Of a stretch of 64,000 nucleotides of DNA, positions 1 to 9,158 are shown one piece after another. This DNA is from an uncultured archaeon. GTDB taxonomy: Archaea > Asgardarchaeota > Heimdallarchaeia > Heimdallarchaeales > Heimdallarchaeaceae. The stretch covers positions 1 to 64,000 of the forward strand of contig CAZJUB010000004.1 in NCBI GenBank assembly GCA_964549075.1, read 5' to 3'. The notes under the pieces were generated by a model. That model made no database searches and was not told where the DNA came from. It saw only the letters and a program-made list of their open reading frames with translations. Every line of letters starts with the position of its first letter. The stretch's first letter is position 1. The translations under genes were made by a program, and so were the position numbers.

Positions 1-1
1 A

Positions 2-727
2 AACATACAAGATGATACGTTTGTCGGTCGGAAAAAAGATGGAACAGTTAAAATCCCTACAAGTTGGGAACCTCTGTCAGCTTCTATGCTTCTTTCTACT
101 ACCTTTACAGTCGGTCTGAATGGTGGAACAGTAGTTGAGAAAAGGAATCCTCTTATGAATAAAATTAGCGAACACATTGCTAGTAAAGAGCTACAACTTT
201 TTGATGATGGTACCAATCCTAAGAAACTTGCTTGTAGAGCTGTAGACGACGAAGGTTCTACATCTAGAAAAACAGAAATTATCAAAGATGGTATACTCAA
301 AAGTTTTCTATTTGATAATTTTTATGGACCAGTTTATGGTACAGGCAGTACTGGAAATGCTCAGAGGAACGAACCTACACAATATGAAAATCTACCTTCT
401 ATAGGACCTAACAAACTTGTTATTAAACCTGGTCAGAAAAACCTAGATGAAATAATTAAGGAATATGATGAAGCTATTTACATTGAAGGTTTCCCAATGG
501 GTATGGGGCATAGCAATATGATAACTGGAGACTTTTCAGTCACAGCAACTAATGCTTATTTGGTAAAGAAAGGCGAGATTGTTCATCCATTAAAACCAGT
601 AAGTATAGCAGGGAATTTCTTTAAGACCTTGAAGGATTTGGATCAAATTGGTTCAGATATAATAGATTTACCCTTTCCACTGGAAAGCTCAACATTAGCT
701 ATAAATAACCACACTATAAGTGGTTAA
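2..727 (+). CDS. pmbA: TldD/PmbA family metallopeptidase, PmbA-like C-terminal part (5'-truncated by window edge)
   Basis: Frame is open from position 2; motifs DDEG, IIKDGILKSFLFD, STGNA and SNMITGDFSV are typical of the PmbA/TldD C-terminal domain. Confidence 0.85.
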   Translation, partial: NIQDDTFVGRKKDGTVKIPTSWEPLSASMLLSTTFTVGLNGGTVVEKRNPLMNKISEHIASKELQLFDDGTNPKKLACRAVDDEGSTSRKTEIIKDGILKSFLFDNFYGPVYGTGSTGNAQRNEPTQYENLPSIGPNKLVIKPGQKNLDEIIKEYDEAIYIEGFPMGMGHSNMITGDFSVTATNAYLVKKGEIVHPLKPVSIAGNFFKTLKDLDQIGSDIIDLPFPLESSTLAINNHTISG

Positions 728-728
728 G

Positions 729-746
729 TTTTTTTTCTTTTTTTTT
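729..746 (+). terminator. Archaeal oligo-T terminator candidate
   Basis: T8-C-T9 tract immediately after the stop codon at 727. Confidence 0.55.
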
Positions 747-807
747 ACTAAACCACTAAAGAAAAGGTTATAACTCTTTAATTTCTCACTAGCACGTTTG
801 TAAGGGG

Positions 808-1722
808 TTGCAGATGAGTGTCTATACTAATTTAGATAAAGATACAATTAATTATCAATGCAATGTTTGTGGAAAGAAAAGACTAGCTCTGATTCCTCCA
901 ACGATGAAAATTAATTGTGATGCAAGAGGTTTGTGCGAGTTTGTAGATGTACATAAATGTAAAGATGAACAGTTATCTGCAAATGTTTTGTTTATTGATC
1001 GTAATCGAGCTGTGAGGTCGCAACTCGCTGTTTCAAGCAGAAGTGATACTACACAAGATTTGGAATTTGCTATTCCATTACCAGAAAAAACCTCTCATGC
1101 AAGATTTGAAATCATTCCAGATAAAAATTTTGAAGCAAGGATTATAAGAGAGTTAGAGATAAAGGATGATTTTCGTAATATAATCTATTCTTTGAACACC
1201 AATAAGCCAAGAGAAAAGATAGAGATAGACACAACTTCCGAATTAGGATTCATTAGTTTAAGTGCAAATATTACAAGAAACACAACTGAGGAAAAAGCAC
1301 AGAAATGGTTGCAGAAATTAGTAGATTTAGTAGAAAAAACAGCTAATTTAGATGAGAATATATTTTCTAAACTTATCTATTTCTTAGATGAAAAGTTGAA
1401 AGAGGATTTAACAGATACTAATGCTAAAACACTTGATTGTATCCTCCAGTCTACCATTTCAGTACCACATGCTAAAGAGTCTGCTCTTGCTGATTTTAAT
1501 CAATTAAAGAATTCAACATTCAAAAAACTGACAATTGTTGAAGTAATTTATTATACAAATATATTGAAGATTTGCACAAATAATGATAATCGTACTTTAA
1601 TTGAAGTTTATACCAGCTTAGACCAAAAGCTTCCTCTATTTCTGTTCCTAAACGCAGTCTATGATTTAGTCTACAATGATTTGCTGGAAGTAGACAAATT
1701 AGAGTTTCTTTCAATCGATTAA
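808..1722 (+). CDS. Uncharacterised protein with N-terminal CxxC...HxC Zn-binding domain; paralog of 60621..61607
   Basis: YQCNVC...RGLCEFVDVHKC...ANVLFIDRNRAVRSQ aligns with YECNIC...RGYIEYVDIHPC...ANILYVDRNMVVRSQ; likely start ATG 814. Confidence 0.75.
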   Translation: MQMSVYTNLDKDTINYQCNVCGKKRLALIPPTMKINCDARGLCEFVDVHKCKDEQLSANVLFIDRNRAVRSQLAVSSRSDTTQDLEFAIPLPEKTSHARFEIIPDKNFEARIIRELEIKDDFRNIIYSLNTNKPREKIEIDTTSELGFISLSANITRNTTEEKAQKWLQKLVDLVEKTANLDENIFSKLIYFLDEKLKEDLTDTNAKTLDCILQSTISVPHAKESALADFNQLKNSTFKKLTIVEVIYYTNILKICTNNDNRTLIEVYTSLDQKLPLFLFLNAVYDLVYNDLLEVDKLEFLSID

Positions 1723-1837
1723 AGCTCTACTTTTCACTGCTAATAAAACAAAAGAATAAATGATAATTTCTAAAACTGATGCTATTTCTCCTAAAATGAA
1801 TTAAAGAAATTGATATTATAAATCTTGTAAATAAAAA

Positions 1838-2878
1838 TCAGTTACCTTGTTTAAATGTTCTAAGCAGAAGAAAGAGATCTTTTTTACAGTTTGGACATCT
1901 AGGATTTGTCTCTAACCAACTGATAAGATGTTCTTTATGAGCATATACTCCACAACAAGGTGTCTGAATTACTTTCTTTTTTTCTGAAGGTTTAGTATCT
2001 AATAAGCATACTACACATCTAGGTCTTGGAGCACCACATTTGTTACACTTTTCTTCATTTGCTTCAAAAACATCACCACATTGATAACATATCAATTTTT
2101 CAACATCAATATTACTGAAGTCTTTTAACATGAGTTGATCATGAATAAATGTAATTATTTTAAAAATAGGATCGATTGCCATATAATTAGAGATTATAGC
2201 AACAGCGAATTTCCCGTTAAAAGCTAAACTAGTTAATGTATCTTTCAAACTTATAATCTTTTCATCAAATTTCTTATCTGTAAATATTTCTTCAAATGCA
2301 ATGGGATGACTAGAATGATAATTAAAATATTGACTTGATCTTATCTCTTTATTGACCTTTTCTTCAGTTTGGTTGTGAGATTTTCTTTTTATACTAAGAG
2401 AAATAGGATATTCAGTTCTCAAGATAGCACTCATTTTGATATTAGTAGGACTCAAAACTTCAATAGAGAGATTATATAAGAAATTATATTTGTGGTCTTT
2501 ATGAAATTCAAAGGTTACTCGAGGAATCAGAGAATCTGAATCTTTCAAATTTATTACACTGATATTATTAAGTAAAGGTTTAACTTTTTCTTCTAGAATA
2601 TGTTCTTCTTGAGTGATTAAATCCTTCATTCTTATAGTTTCAATTGTTTTAATTTTTTTAGGTGAGCGAGTTTCTCTTTTCGTTTTGATGCTCCAATAGA
2701 CATAAATCAAAATCGCACCTACTACAATAAGAAAGAAAATGTAAGTAAAAAACACAGACCAATCAAAATTTTGTCCTGGACCTGTCAAAGAGGCAAAGTA
2801 TAAACCGATCAGAATCCCAACAGTTACCAGAGTAACAGTTACATCTCTGATAACTTTTCGCCAGGAGTTCTTTGACAT
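1838..2878 (-). CDS. Membrane protein (2 N-terminal TM helices) with C-terminal zinc ribbon and RING-type domain; putative ubiquitin E3 ligase
   Basis: Two hydrophobic helices; CYQC...CNKC; CVVC...CCGVYAHKEHLISWLETNPRCPNC; start taken at MSKNSW (ATG 2878). Confidence 0.8.
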   Translation of the reverse strand: MSKNSWRKVIRDVTVTLVTVGILIGLYFASLTGPGQNFDWSVFFTYIFFLIVVGAILIYVYWSIKTKRETRSPKKIKTIETIRMKDLITQEEHILEEKVKPLLNNISVINLKDSDSLIPRVTFEFHKDHKYNFLYNLSIEVLSPTNIKMSAILRTEYPISLSIKRKSHNQTEEKVNKEIRSSQYFNYHSSHPIAFEEIFTDKKFDEKIISLKDTLTSLAFNGKFAVAIISNYMAIDPIFKIITFIHDQLMLKDFSNIDVEKLICYQCGDVFEANEEKCNKCGAPRPRCVVCLLDTKPSEKKKVIQTPCCGVYAHKEHLISWLETNPRCPNCKKDLFLLLRTFKQGN

Positions 2879-2973
2879 CTTAAAGCTTATTTTACGTTGG
2901 TTAATTATATATATTTGCAAACATATGATTCCATTTGGCAAAAATTCTTAAAGAACAGCTGTATTCCCTTTTC

Positions 2974-4245
2974 ATGACTGATCAATTTAGTGAGGAATTC
3001 CTCGAATCGAACTGGAAGTAATGGTACCTTGCTTTACAAGGATTTTTCTATTTTTCTCAAGGAGTAGCTATAGTGGCAATCATAATTCTTCCACTTTTTA
3101 TGCAAGAAGTGATTGGATTAAGTGATACCCGTTCTTTGGGACTTTATGGTATTATCATGTTACCTTGAGGAATTAAGATTGTTTATGGCTTGTTAAGCGA
3201 TAATGTTTCAATTGGGCGGTTTGGTCGAAGGAAACCGTATATTCTTATTGGTGGATTTCTTGGAATTATTGGATGGGTAATACTCCCATTCACTTCAACA
3301 GTAGCTCCGTTTATTGTTGTAGCTTTATTAGTTTCGGTTAGTATCGCTTTAATGGATGCTACTCTTGACAGTTTAGCTGTAGACATCACTCCTCATAAAC
3401 GAAGAGGAGCTATGCAAGCAGTTGGATGGGGATTAAGAGGTGCAGGTATGGCTTTAGCTGGTTTTATCTTAGGAATATTGATGAACAGAGGATTATGGAA
3501 TCTCATTTACATACTTCCTGGAGCAATGTTGTTACTCTCGAGTGGGGTAGTAATGCTCTTCCCCGAAAAAAGACTCTCTCTCGAAGATAAAATAGTGCAA
3601 ACAGATTGGTCAATGTACAAAAAAGCTTTTTCTAAATCAAGTACTTGGTGGGTAACATTGTTTATGATCTTATCAGGAACCGGTATCACTGTAGTGTCAG
3701 TCTTTACAACCTTCGTCAGTCAAGAAACAACTCTAGATTTTTTATATGTAGGATTAGGAGTGACTGTATTTGCTTTAGGACAGTTTGTAGGAGCAGGGAT
3801 AATAGGATTACTTGGAGATTATCTTCCACTAGCACCTGTTCTCATCGGAACAACAATAGTATATGGTGGACTTTTAGGTACGATGTTCTTAATCTCTACA
3901 AGTGGTCTAGCAGTTATCTACACTATTGTAGTGTTTGTAGGAGCTATCAACGGTGGATATGAAGCAACCCAGATGAGACTTGGAATGGAACATTCAGTCG
4001 GACCGGTAGGTGGAACTTTGTATAACTGGTTTATGAGCATTTCAAATCTAGGACAGTTAACATTAGGTGCATGGTTTATCGCTGACTTAGCAAGTGGAAC
4101 AAGATTCAATTATCCAGAAGCAATGCAATTTGCAACAATATTCTTGGTTCTAGCTCTCATACCAGGAATAATAGCAATAAGACAAATCAAAAAGAAACAA
4201 GTAAGTGTTGAAGAATCTGAAAGAGTTGAAATTAGAGATTTCTAA
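2974..4245 (+). pseudogene. MFS transporter (AmpG/BT1-like) interrupted by two in-frame stops, TAA 3019-3021 and TGA 3166-3168
   Basis: ATG 2974 is in frame with ORF 3190..4245; read-through gives FFYFSQG...MLP*GIKIVYGLLSD...FGRRKPY, restoring TM1-2 and MFS motif A. Confidence 0.75.
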
Positions 4246-5054
4246 TTCTTTTTTAAACAAAACTCTTTCAACTCAAATGCACTTTCTATCAATTCACCTA
4301 ATCTTCGCCCAAACCTTACAGAGGGAGCCCCATCAGTAATTGTATGATCAATTCGGATTGAGAGGTTCATGAATTCTCTATTAACCAATTTTCCATCAAA
4401 TAATCTTGGTTTAAATGTTATACCTCCTGTTACAATATTAACAGAATGATAACCAAGATTTATTCCCCATCCTCCCATTCCTTTTCCAAACATACCTATA
4501 GCAGTAACAGATACAGTTCCATTTATTTGTTTGAGAAAATAAGGATTTCTTCTTACTCTATCCCAAAAAACTATTTTACGAACAAATTTTGGAAGTTTCA
4601 ATAACGTTCGTAACTTCTTACTAGAAATATCAGAAGACATCTCATCCTTTGATTTTGGTTTTTGTATTTCTCTTATCTCATTATGTATTTCTAGGAGACT
4701 CTTTTCATTTGCCTTTCGAATAACATGTAAAGCTGGAAAAGGTTTGCCATCGATTTTTCTTTCTATAGCAATAGATACATCAACATCTTCAAAGATATAT
4801 AGTTTATTCCTTTTCTTAATAGCTTGAACTTCTAGATTCTCACTAACAGCAACAGCTACACACCTAACCAACCAAGCAGTAAAAGACAACGATTTACCTG
4901 TTCTTTCCTTATAACATCTAAGTAGTTCTCGAGCTTTAGTTATATCTAATTCAACTAAACCTTGCATGAAATACTTGTAACGAGTCAAAGCTGTAACTTC
5001 AGCTTGTAATTGGCGTTTGAAAGGTATGATAGTGTGTTTACCTGCATCATCCAT
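4242..5054 (-). CDS. Stand-alone 2-oxoacid dehydrogenase E2-type acyltransferase catalytic domain (no lipoyl domain)
   Basis: SFTAWLVRCVAVA, GTVSVTAIGMFG and catalytic DHTITDGAP. Confidence 0.85.
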   Translation of the reverse strand: MDDAGKHTIIPFKRQLQAEVTALTRYKYFMQGLVELDITKARELLRCYKERTGKSLSFTAWLVRCVAVAVSENLEVQAIKKRNKLYIFEDVDVSIAIERKIDGKPFPALHVIRKANEKSLLEIHNEIREIQKPKSKDEMSSDISSKKLRTLLKLPKFVRKIVFWDRVRRNPYFLKQINGTVSVTAIGMFGKGMGGWGINLGYHSVNIVTGGITFKPRLFDGKLVNREFMNLSIRIDHTITDGAPSVRFGRRLGELIESAFELKEFCLKKN

Positions 5055-5129
5055 TATTTACCAATTTTTAGTTTTTTTGAGTTGTTTATATATTTTATCA
5101 AAAAACAACATAAAAGAAGAAAAATGAAA

Positions 5130-5465
5130 TTACCACTTTTCTTCAGGTCTACGTTCTGGAATCATTTTCAAAGGTTGTGAAAAATCATAATCTTTCTTGT
5201 AGAAAAGCGCACAGTAACATCTTGAATATTCATCTATATCTGATTGAGCATAATCACATGGACAAATTATATCTCGATCCATAGTTCTATCTTCAAAAGA
5301 ATCTCTACATGGACAGTTGAAATAACCTACTCGGTTAAAATAATCTTTCAGACCTTCGATGAGAAACTGGTGAGTCTCTCCTTTATTAGGATCAAGAATC
5401 CACCCTCGTTTGTCTGCAACCTGTTGAATATATTTTGCTACATCTTCAAAATTTTTCTCTTTCAT
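5130..5465 (-). CDS. Ferredoxin:thioredoxin reductase catalytic subunit-like (FTR/FDR)
   Basis: CPCR...ICPC...CYCALF motif and C-terminal IPERR. Confidence 0.9.
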   Translation of the reverse strand: MKEKNFEDVAKYIQQVADKRGWILDPNKGETHQFLIEGLKDYFNRVGYFNCPCRDSFEDRTMDRDIICPCDYAQSDIDEYSRCYCALFYKKDYDFSQPLKMIPERRPEEKW

Positions 5466-5473
5466 TTATACAC

Positions 5474-5788
5474 CTATTCCACTAACATTTCTTTCCAGTT
5501 TTCTATGTTAAAACCAGCATAAAACTTTTGTCCATCTACTATTAGAAAGGGGAAACGGATCATAGTATTGAAAAATTTACTAACATTTCTCTTCAATTCT
5601 AGTTTTTCTTCCATTTTTAATTTGTCTACATCAACATACCGATAGTGATAGTTGTGGTCTTTTAACCATTTTTTACCTGACTGACACCAATGGCAGGTAC
5701 TGAGTGCTAGCATAAAGATGTTATTTGTCTTTTTTTCTCCATCAACTTCTACTATCTCTCCAGGTATAAATATATCTTCGAAATTCAT
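5474..5788 (-). CDS. Glutaredoxin/NrdH-like redoxin
   Basis: LSTCHWC active site, cis-Pro region FPFLIVDG, GF motif; directly upstream of the FTR gene. Confidence 0.85.
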   Translation of the reverse strand: MNFEDIFIPGEIVEVDGEKKTNNIFMLALSTCHWCQSGKKWLKDHNYHYRYVDVDKLKMEEKLELKRNVSKFFNTMIRFPFLIVDGQKFYAGFNIENWKEMLVE

Positions 5789-5871
5789 AAGGTAATCGAG
5801 AAAACCGTTGAAATACAAATTATTAAAGATATTTGTTTTGCAACTAGTAGTTTCCTTCTATATCAAAGATT

Positions 5872-7743
5872 TTAACCAAGATATTTACTTTTAAATTCTT
5901 CCCAGTTGATAGTTTTAATTCCCAATTGTTCAGCATTTTCTAATTTGGATTGCCCAGCATTTTTACCAGTTACTAGAAAATCTAAATTCCTTGAAATACT
6001 TGAAGACCAGATCATTCCTTTGTTTTCTACTAGTTTTATTAAATCATCTTTAGAATGTCCTTCTACTTTCCCAGTAATATAGACTTTTAGAGCATCTTCT
6101 GCTGCTTCTTTTGGTTTTTCATAGACTATCTTTACACCATTTTTAAACAGGTTCTCATACAATGTTTCATCTGTAATTCCATTCTTGATGTTTTGTGCAG
6201 TGATGTCTGATATCCCATCAAAACTTGTTAATTTGGAAATCGTGGCATTCTTCAGTTCTTCTAAACCTTTGAAATAACTAGCTAGTTTCTTACCCATAGC
6301 CTTACCTAAGGATTCTATTCCCAAACCCGCTAAGAATAATGGAAAAGGAAGCTCTCTTGTTCCTTCTATAGACGCAAAAATCTTCTCACCATTCTTACCT
6401 AAGAGATCTACTAATTCTTTTTCTTGTAAAGCATAGAGATCAGAATAGTGTTTGACTTTTCCAGTGTCATAGAGTTTTTCTAAACTCTTTCCCCCTAGAC
6501 CATCAATTCCCGTTATAGCTATCCAGTGACCTATTTGTTGGATATCTTTATCTCTACACTTATCTCCTGTACAAAGCAAATTTACTCCAGACCTTCTGGT
6601 ATCAGAACCACAAGAAGGACATTTTTCAGGCAATTTGACATTACCTGTCGTATTCTTAGTTGTTACACTGATGATCTTAGGAATAACTTCTCCAGATCGT
6701 TCTACATAGACATAGTCTCCTGGTTGAGCTTCTAAATCAATCAGAAAATCTGCGTTATGCATAGTTGCTCTGCTTATCACTGCTCCAGCTACTTCTACTG
6801 GCTCTAGTTCAGCAACAGGAGTAAGCACAGAAGTTCTCCCTACTTGCCAGGTTATACCTTTCAGTAAAGTAGATTTGCCTTTGCTTTCAAATTTTAGAGC
6901 TATCTGCCATCTAGGATGATGTTCAGTAGCCCCTGCTTCAGCTCTATGAGCAGCTTCATCATATTTATAGACAACTCCATCAATCTCGAAATCAAGAGTA
7001 TTTCTTGCATCTTCAACATCTTTAAAAGATTGCTCAATATTCTCAAGAGTGGGTTCATCGATTTTCAAGAAATCTGAAGCTTCAAATCCCCAAGATTGTA
7101 ATATCTGTGCTTTCTGTTCCATTGTAGCATCCTCCTCCCAACCTAAAAGATCAAAAACCATAAGATGAAGTTCGCGTCCTTCCATCCCCCGAACATCTTT
7201 TTGTTTCACAGTACCTGCAGCTAAATTACGCGGATTACTATACTTTTCATCATCAAGAAGCAAAGCATTTATTCGGTTAAATTCAGAGATTTTCATATAA
7301 AGCTCACCTCGAACTTCTACTCGTTCTTGTACTGGAATAGTCTTGGGTATAGAATCAATTTTCATAACATTAAGTGTCACATCGTCGCCTAGAGTCCCTG
7401 AGCCTCTAGTGGCTGACTGAATAAGTTTTCCCTTCTTATAGACAACTTTCAATGATATTCCATCAACTTTATACCCCATCATCAAAGGGTGATCATCAGC
7501 CCAAGAAACAACTTTGTCAATTGCTTTAGCTTTCTGACAAGAAAGCATAGGAGGATCGTGAGAAACATTCCCACCCGCAGGTGTTCCAACTATGAATAAA
7601 ACAGGATTATCAGGATCGATATTTCTAAGTCTATCTTCAAGACTATCATATTCAGCATCAGAAATTTCAGGTTCGCCATCATAGTATTTACGTTTATGAT
7701 ATAAAATAAGGATCTCTAGTTTTTTCCTTTCCTCTTCTGTCAT
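5872..7743 (-). CDS. ligA: NAD-dependent DNA ligase
   Basis: YY..PEISDAEYD, KVDG adenylation motif, EVRGE, NPRN, DGVVYK, QVGRT, Zn finger CPSC..C..C, HhH repeats, C-terminal BRCT. Confidence 0.97.
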   Translation of the reverse strand: MTEEERKKLEILILYHKRKYYDGEPEISDAEYDSLEDRLRNIDPDNPVLFIVGTPAGGNVSHDPPMLSCQKAKAIDKVVSWADDHPLMMGYKVDGISLKVVYKKGKLIQSATRGSGTLGDDVTLNVMKIDSIPKTIPVQERVEVRGELYMKISEFNRINALLLDDEKYSNPRNLAAGTVKQKDVRGMEGRELHLMVFDLLGWEEDATMEQKAQILQSWGFEASDFLKIDEPTLENIEQSFKDVEDARNTLDFEIDGVVYKYDEAAHRAEAGATEHHPRWQIALKFESKGKSTLLKGITWQVGRTSVLTPVAELEPVEVAGAVISRATMHNADFLIDLEAQPGDYVYVERSGEVIPKIISVTTKNTTGNVKLPEKCPSCGSDTRRSGVNLLCTGDKCRDKDIQQIGHWIAITGIDGLGGKSLEKLYDTGKVKHYSDLYALQEKELVDLLGKNGEKIFASIEGTRELPFPLFLAGLGIESLGKAMGKKLASYFKGLEELKNATISKLTSFDGISDITAQNIKNGITDETLYENLFKNGVKIVYEKPKEAAEDALKVYITGKVEGHSKDDLIKLVENKGMIWSSSISRNLDFLVTGKNAGQSKLENAEQLGIKTINWEEFKSKYLG

Positions 7744-7930
7744 TTCAATCACTAATCTCACAAACTTTACATTGATATTTTAAATAGTTATCGGGGACAA
7801 GAGTAAAAGAAATAGAAGTGAAAAAAGATTCATTTTTTAACATTTTCAGTTTAGTTATAAAAAAATTTTTGAAAGTAAAACCAAAGCTGAGAATCCTTAT
7901 ATAATTTTAAAAATTATAAACAGAATTGTA

Positions 7931-8398
7931 ATGAAATTAGATAATCAAACAAAACAGATTTTAATAGAAAAAAATTGGACTATAGCTACAGCGGAATCTT
8001 GTACTGGGGGATTATTAGCTCATATAATCACCAATTCTGCTGGAAGTTCAGACTACTTTTCTTATGGTTTTATTACTTACTCAGATGAAGCAAAAATCAA
8101 GGAATTAAACATACCCAAAGAAATCATAGAGAAATACACTAGCTACTCTAAAGAAGTTGCAGAATTCATGGCTGAAAGTGTTCGGAAGAAAACTAAAGCA
8201 ACTTTTGGTATCGCTATTACTGGTATAGCTCCTCCAGGTGATCCAAATTCATCACTACCAATTGGAACAGTTTTTGTTGGAATCTCATCAGCTGAGCATA
8301 CAACACATTTTGAATTCCAATTGAATAAACATTCCAGAATATGGTTCAAGAAAAAAGCAGTAAAACATGCACTGAAGGCTTTTAGCAAAAACCAGTAA
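7931..8398 (+). CDS. pncC: CinA C-terminal domain protein / NMN deamidase
   Basis: ATAESCTGG, GSSDYF, TYSDEAK, ITGIAPPG and GTVFVG motifs. Confidence 0.85.
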   Translation: MKLDNQTKQILIEKNWTIATAESCTGGLLAHIITNSAGSSDYFSYGFITYSDEAKIKELNIPKEIIEKYTSYSKEVAEFMAESVRKKTKATFGIAITGIAPPGDPNSSLPIGTVFVGISSAEHTTHFEFQLNKHSRIWFKKKAVKHALKAFSKNQ

Positions 8399-8477
8399 GA
8401 ACAGGTAGTATTTTGGATGTTACAAAGACACATACTGAATTCAGAGTAATATATCTTACAAATTGATAATATACAAT

Positions 8478-9095
8478 TTAGATAAGCGTTAAAGAATCTT
8501 GAAGTTTCTTTATTACAGCTTTCTTCTTCTTCTCTAAATATTTCATCTGGAAGTGGATTTTAGTTACTTCAGAATATTTTTTTAGTAAAACAATGTTCTG
8601 GAGAAGTGAAAGATCTTCATCAGCTCTTTCGTAAAGTTCTCCTAAAGCTTCTTTGAATTTTTTTGGTTTGATTTCTTCCTCAATCTCCTCTTTGAGCATT
8701 TTATGAACAAACTCAGTTGATCGTTTTTGGAAATAGGCAATAATTACACTGAGCGTAACCATTAATTTGAACTTCTTGTCCTTCATCTGTTCTTCTTCTA
8801 AGTTTGATAACTTGTTTTCATAGTTTTCATAAATTTCCTTTGTTCTAATGTTGAACTTAGAAGCTAGTTGTTTGATGAATTGTTCATCATCACCTTTAAC
8901 AAATGGAGCAATGTTTTTCTTGACTATTTCTATCAAACCTTCTATTACCTCTCCACTCCCCTTTATTTTAATTCTTTGAACTGCTCGTCGATCTATAATA
9001 AAATCTCGGGATTGGTAAAATTGTTGGGAAAAAAGATAATTGACAACATCAAAAAACTCCCAATTCTCATTCCTCTCAACATCCTTCTCACCCAT
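8478..9095 (-). CDS. Hypothetical charged, probably helical protein
   Basis: 205-aa ORF co-oriented downstream of the methyltransferase; no recognised motif. Confidence 0.6.
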   Translation of the reverse strand: MGEKDVERNENWEFFDVVNYLFSQQFYQSRDFIIDRRAVQRIKIKGSGEVIEGLIEIVKKNIAPFVKGDDEQFIKQLASKFNIRTKEIYENYENKLSNLEEEQMKDKKFKLMVTLSVIIAYFQKRSTEFVHKMLKEEIEEEIKPKKFKEALGELYERADEDLSLLQNIVLLKKYSEVTKIHFQMKYLEKKKKAVIKKLQDSLTLI

Positions 9096-9158
9096 ACTAA
9101 CCCATAGTATTGAGATGTGTTCTATTTAAAAACTTTAGGCTTCAAAAATGCAGAATTA

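Noticed and set aside
3166-3168. In-frame TGA as selenocysteine or genome-wide TGA=Trp recoding
   Set aside because: The position corresponds to Trp, not Cys; the same gene also has an in-frame TAA; TGA terminates other genes normally (for example 40448, 50410, 53076)
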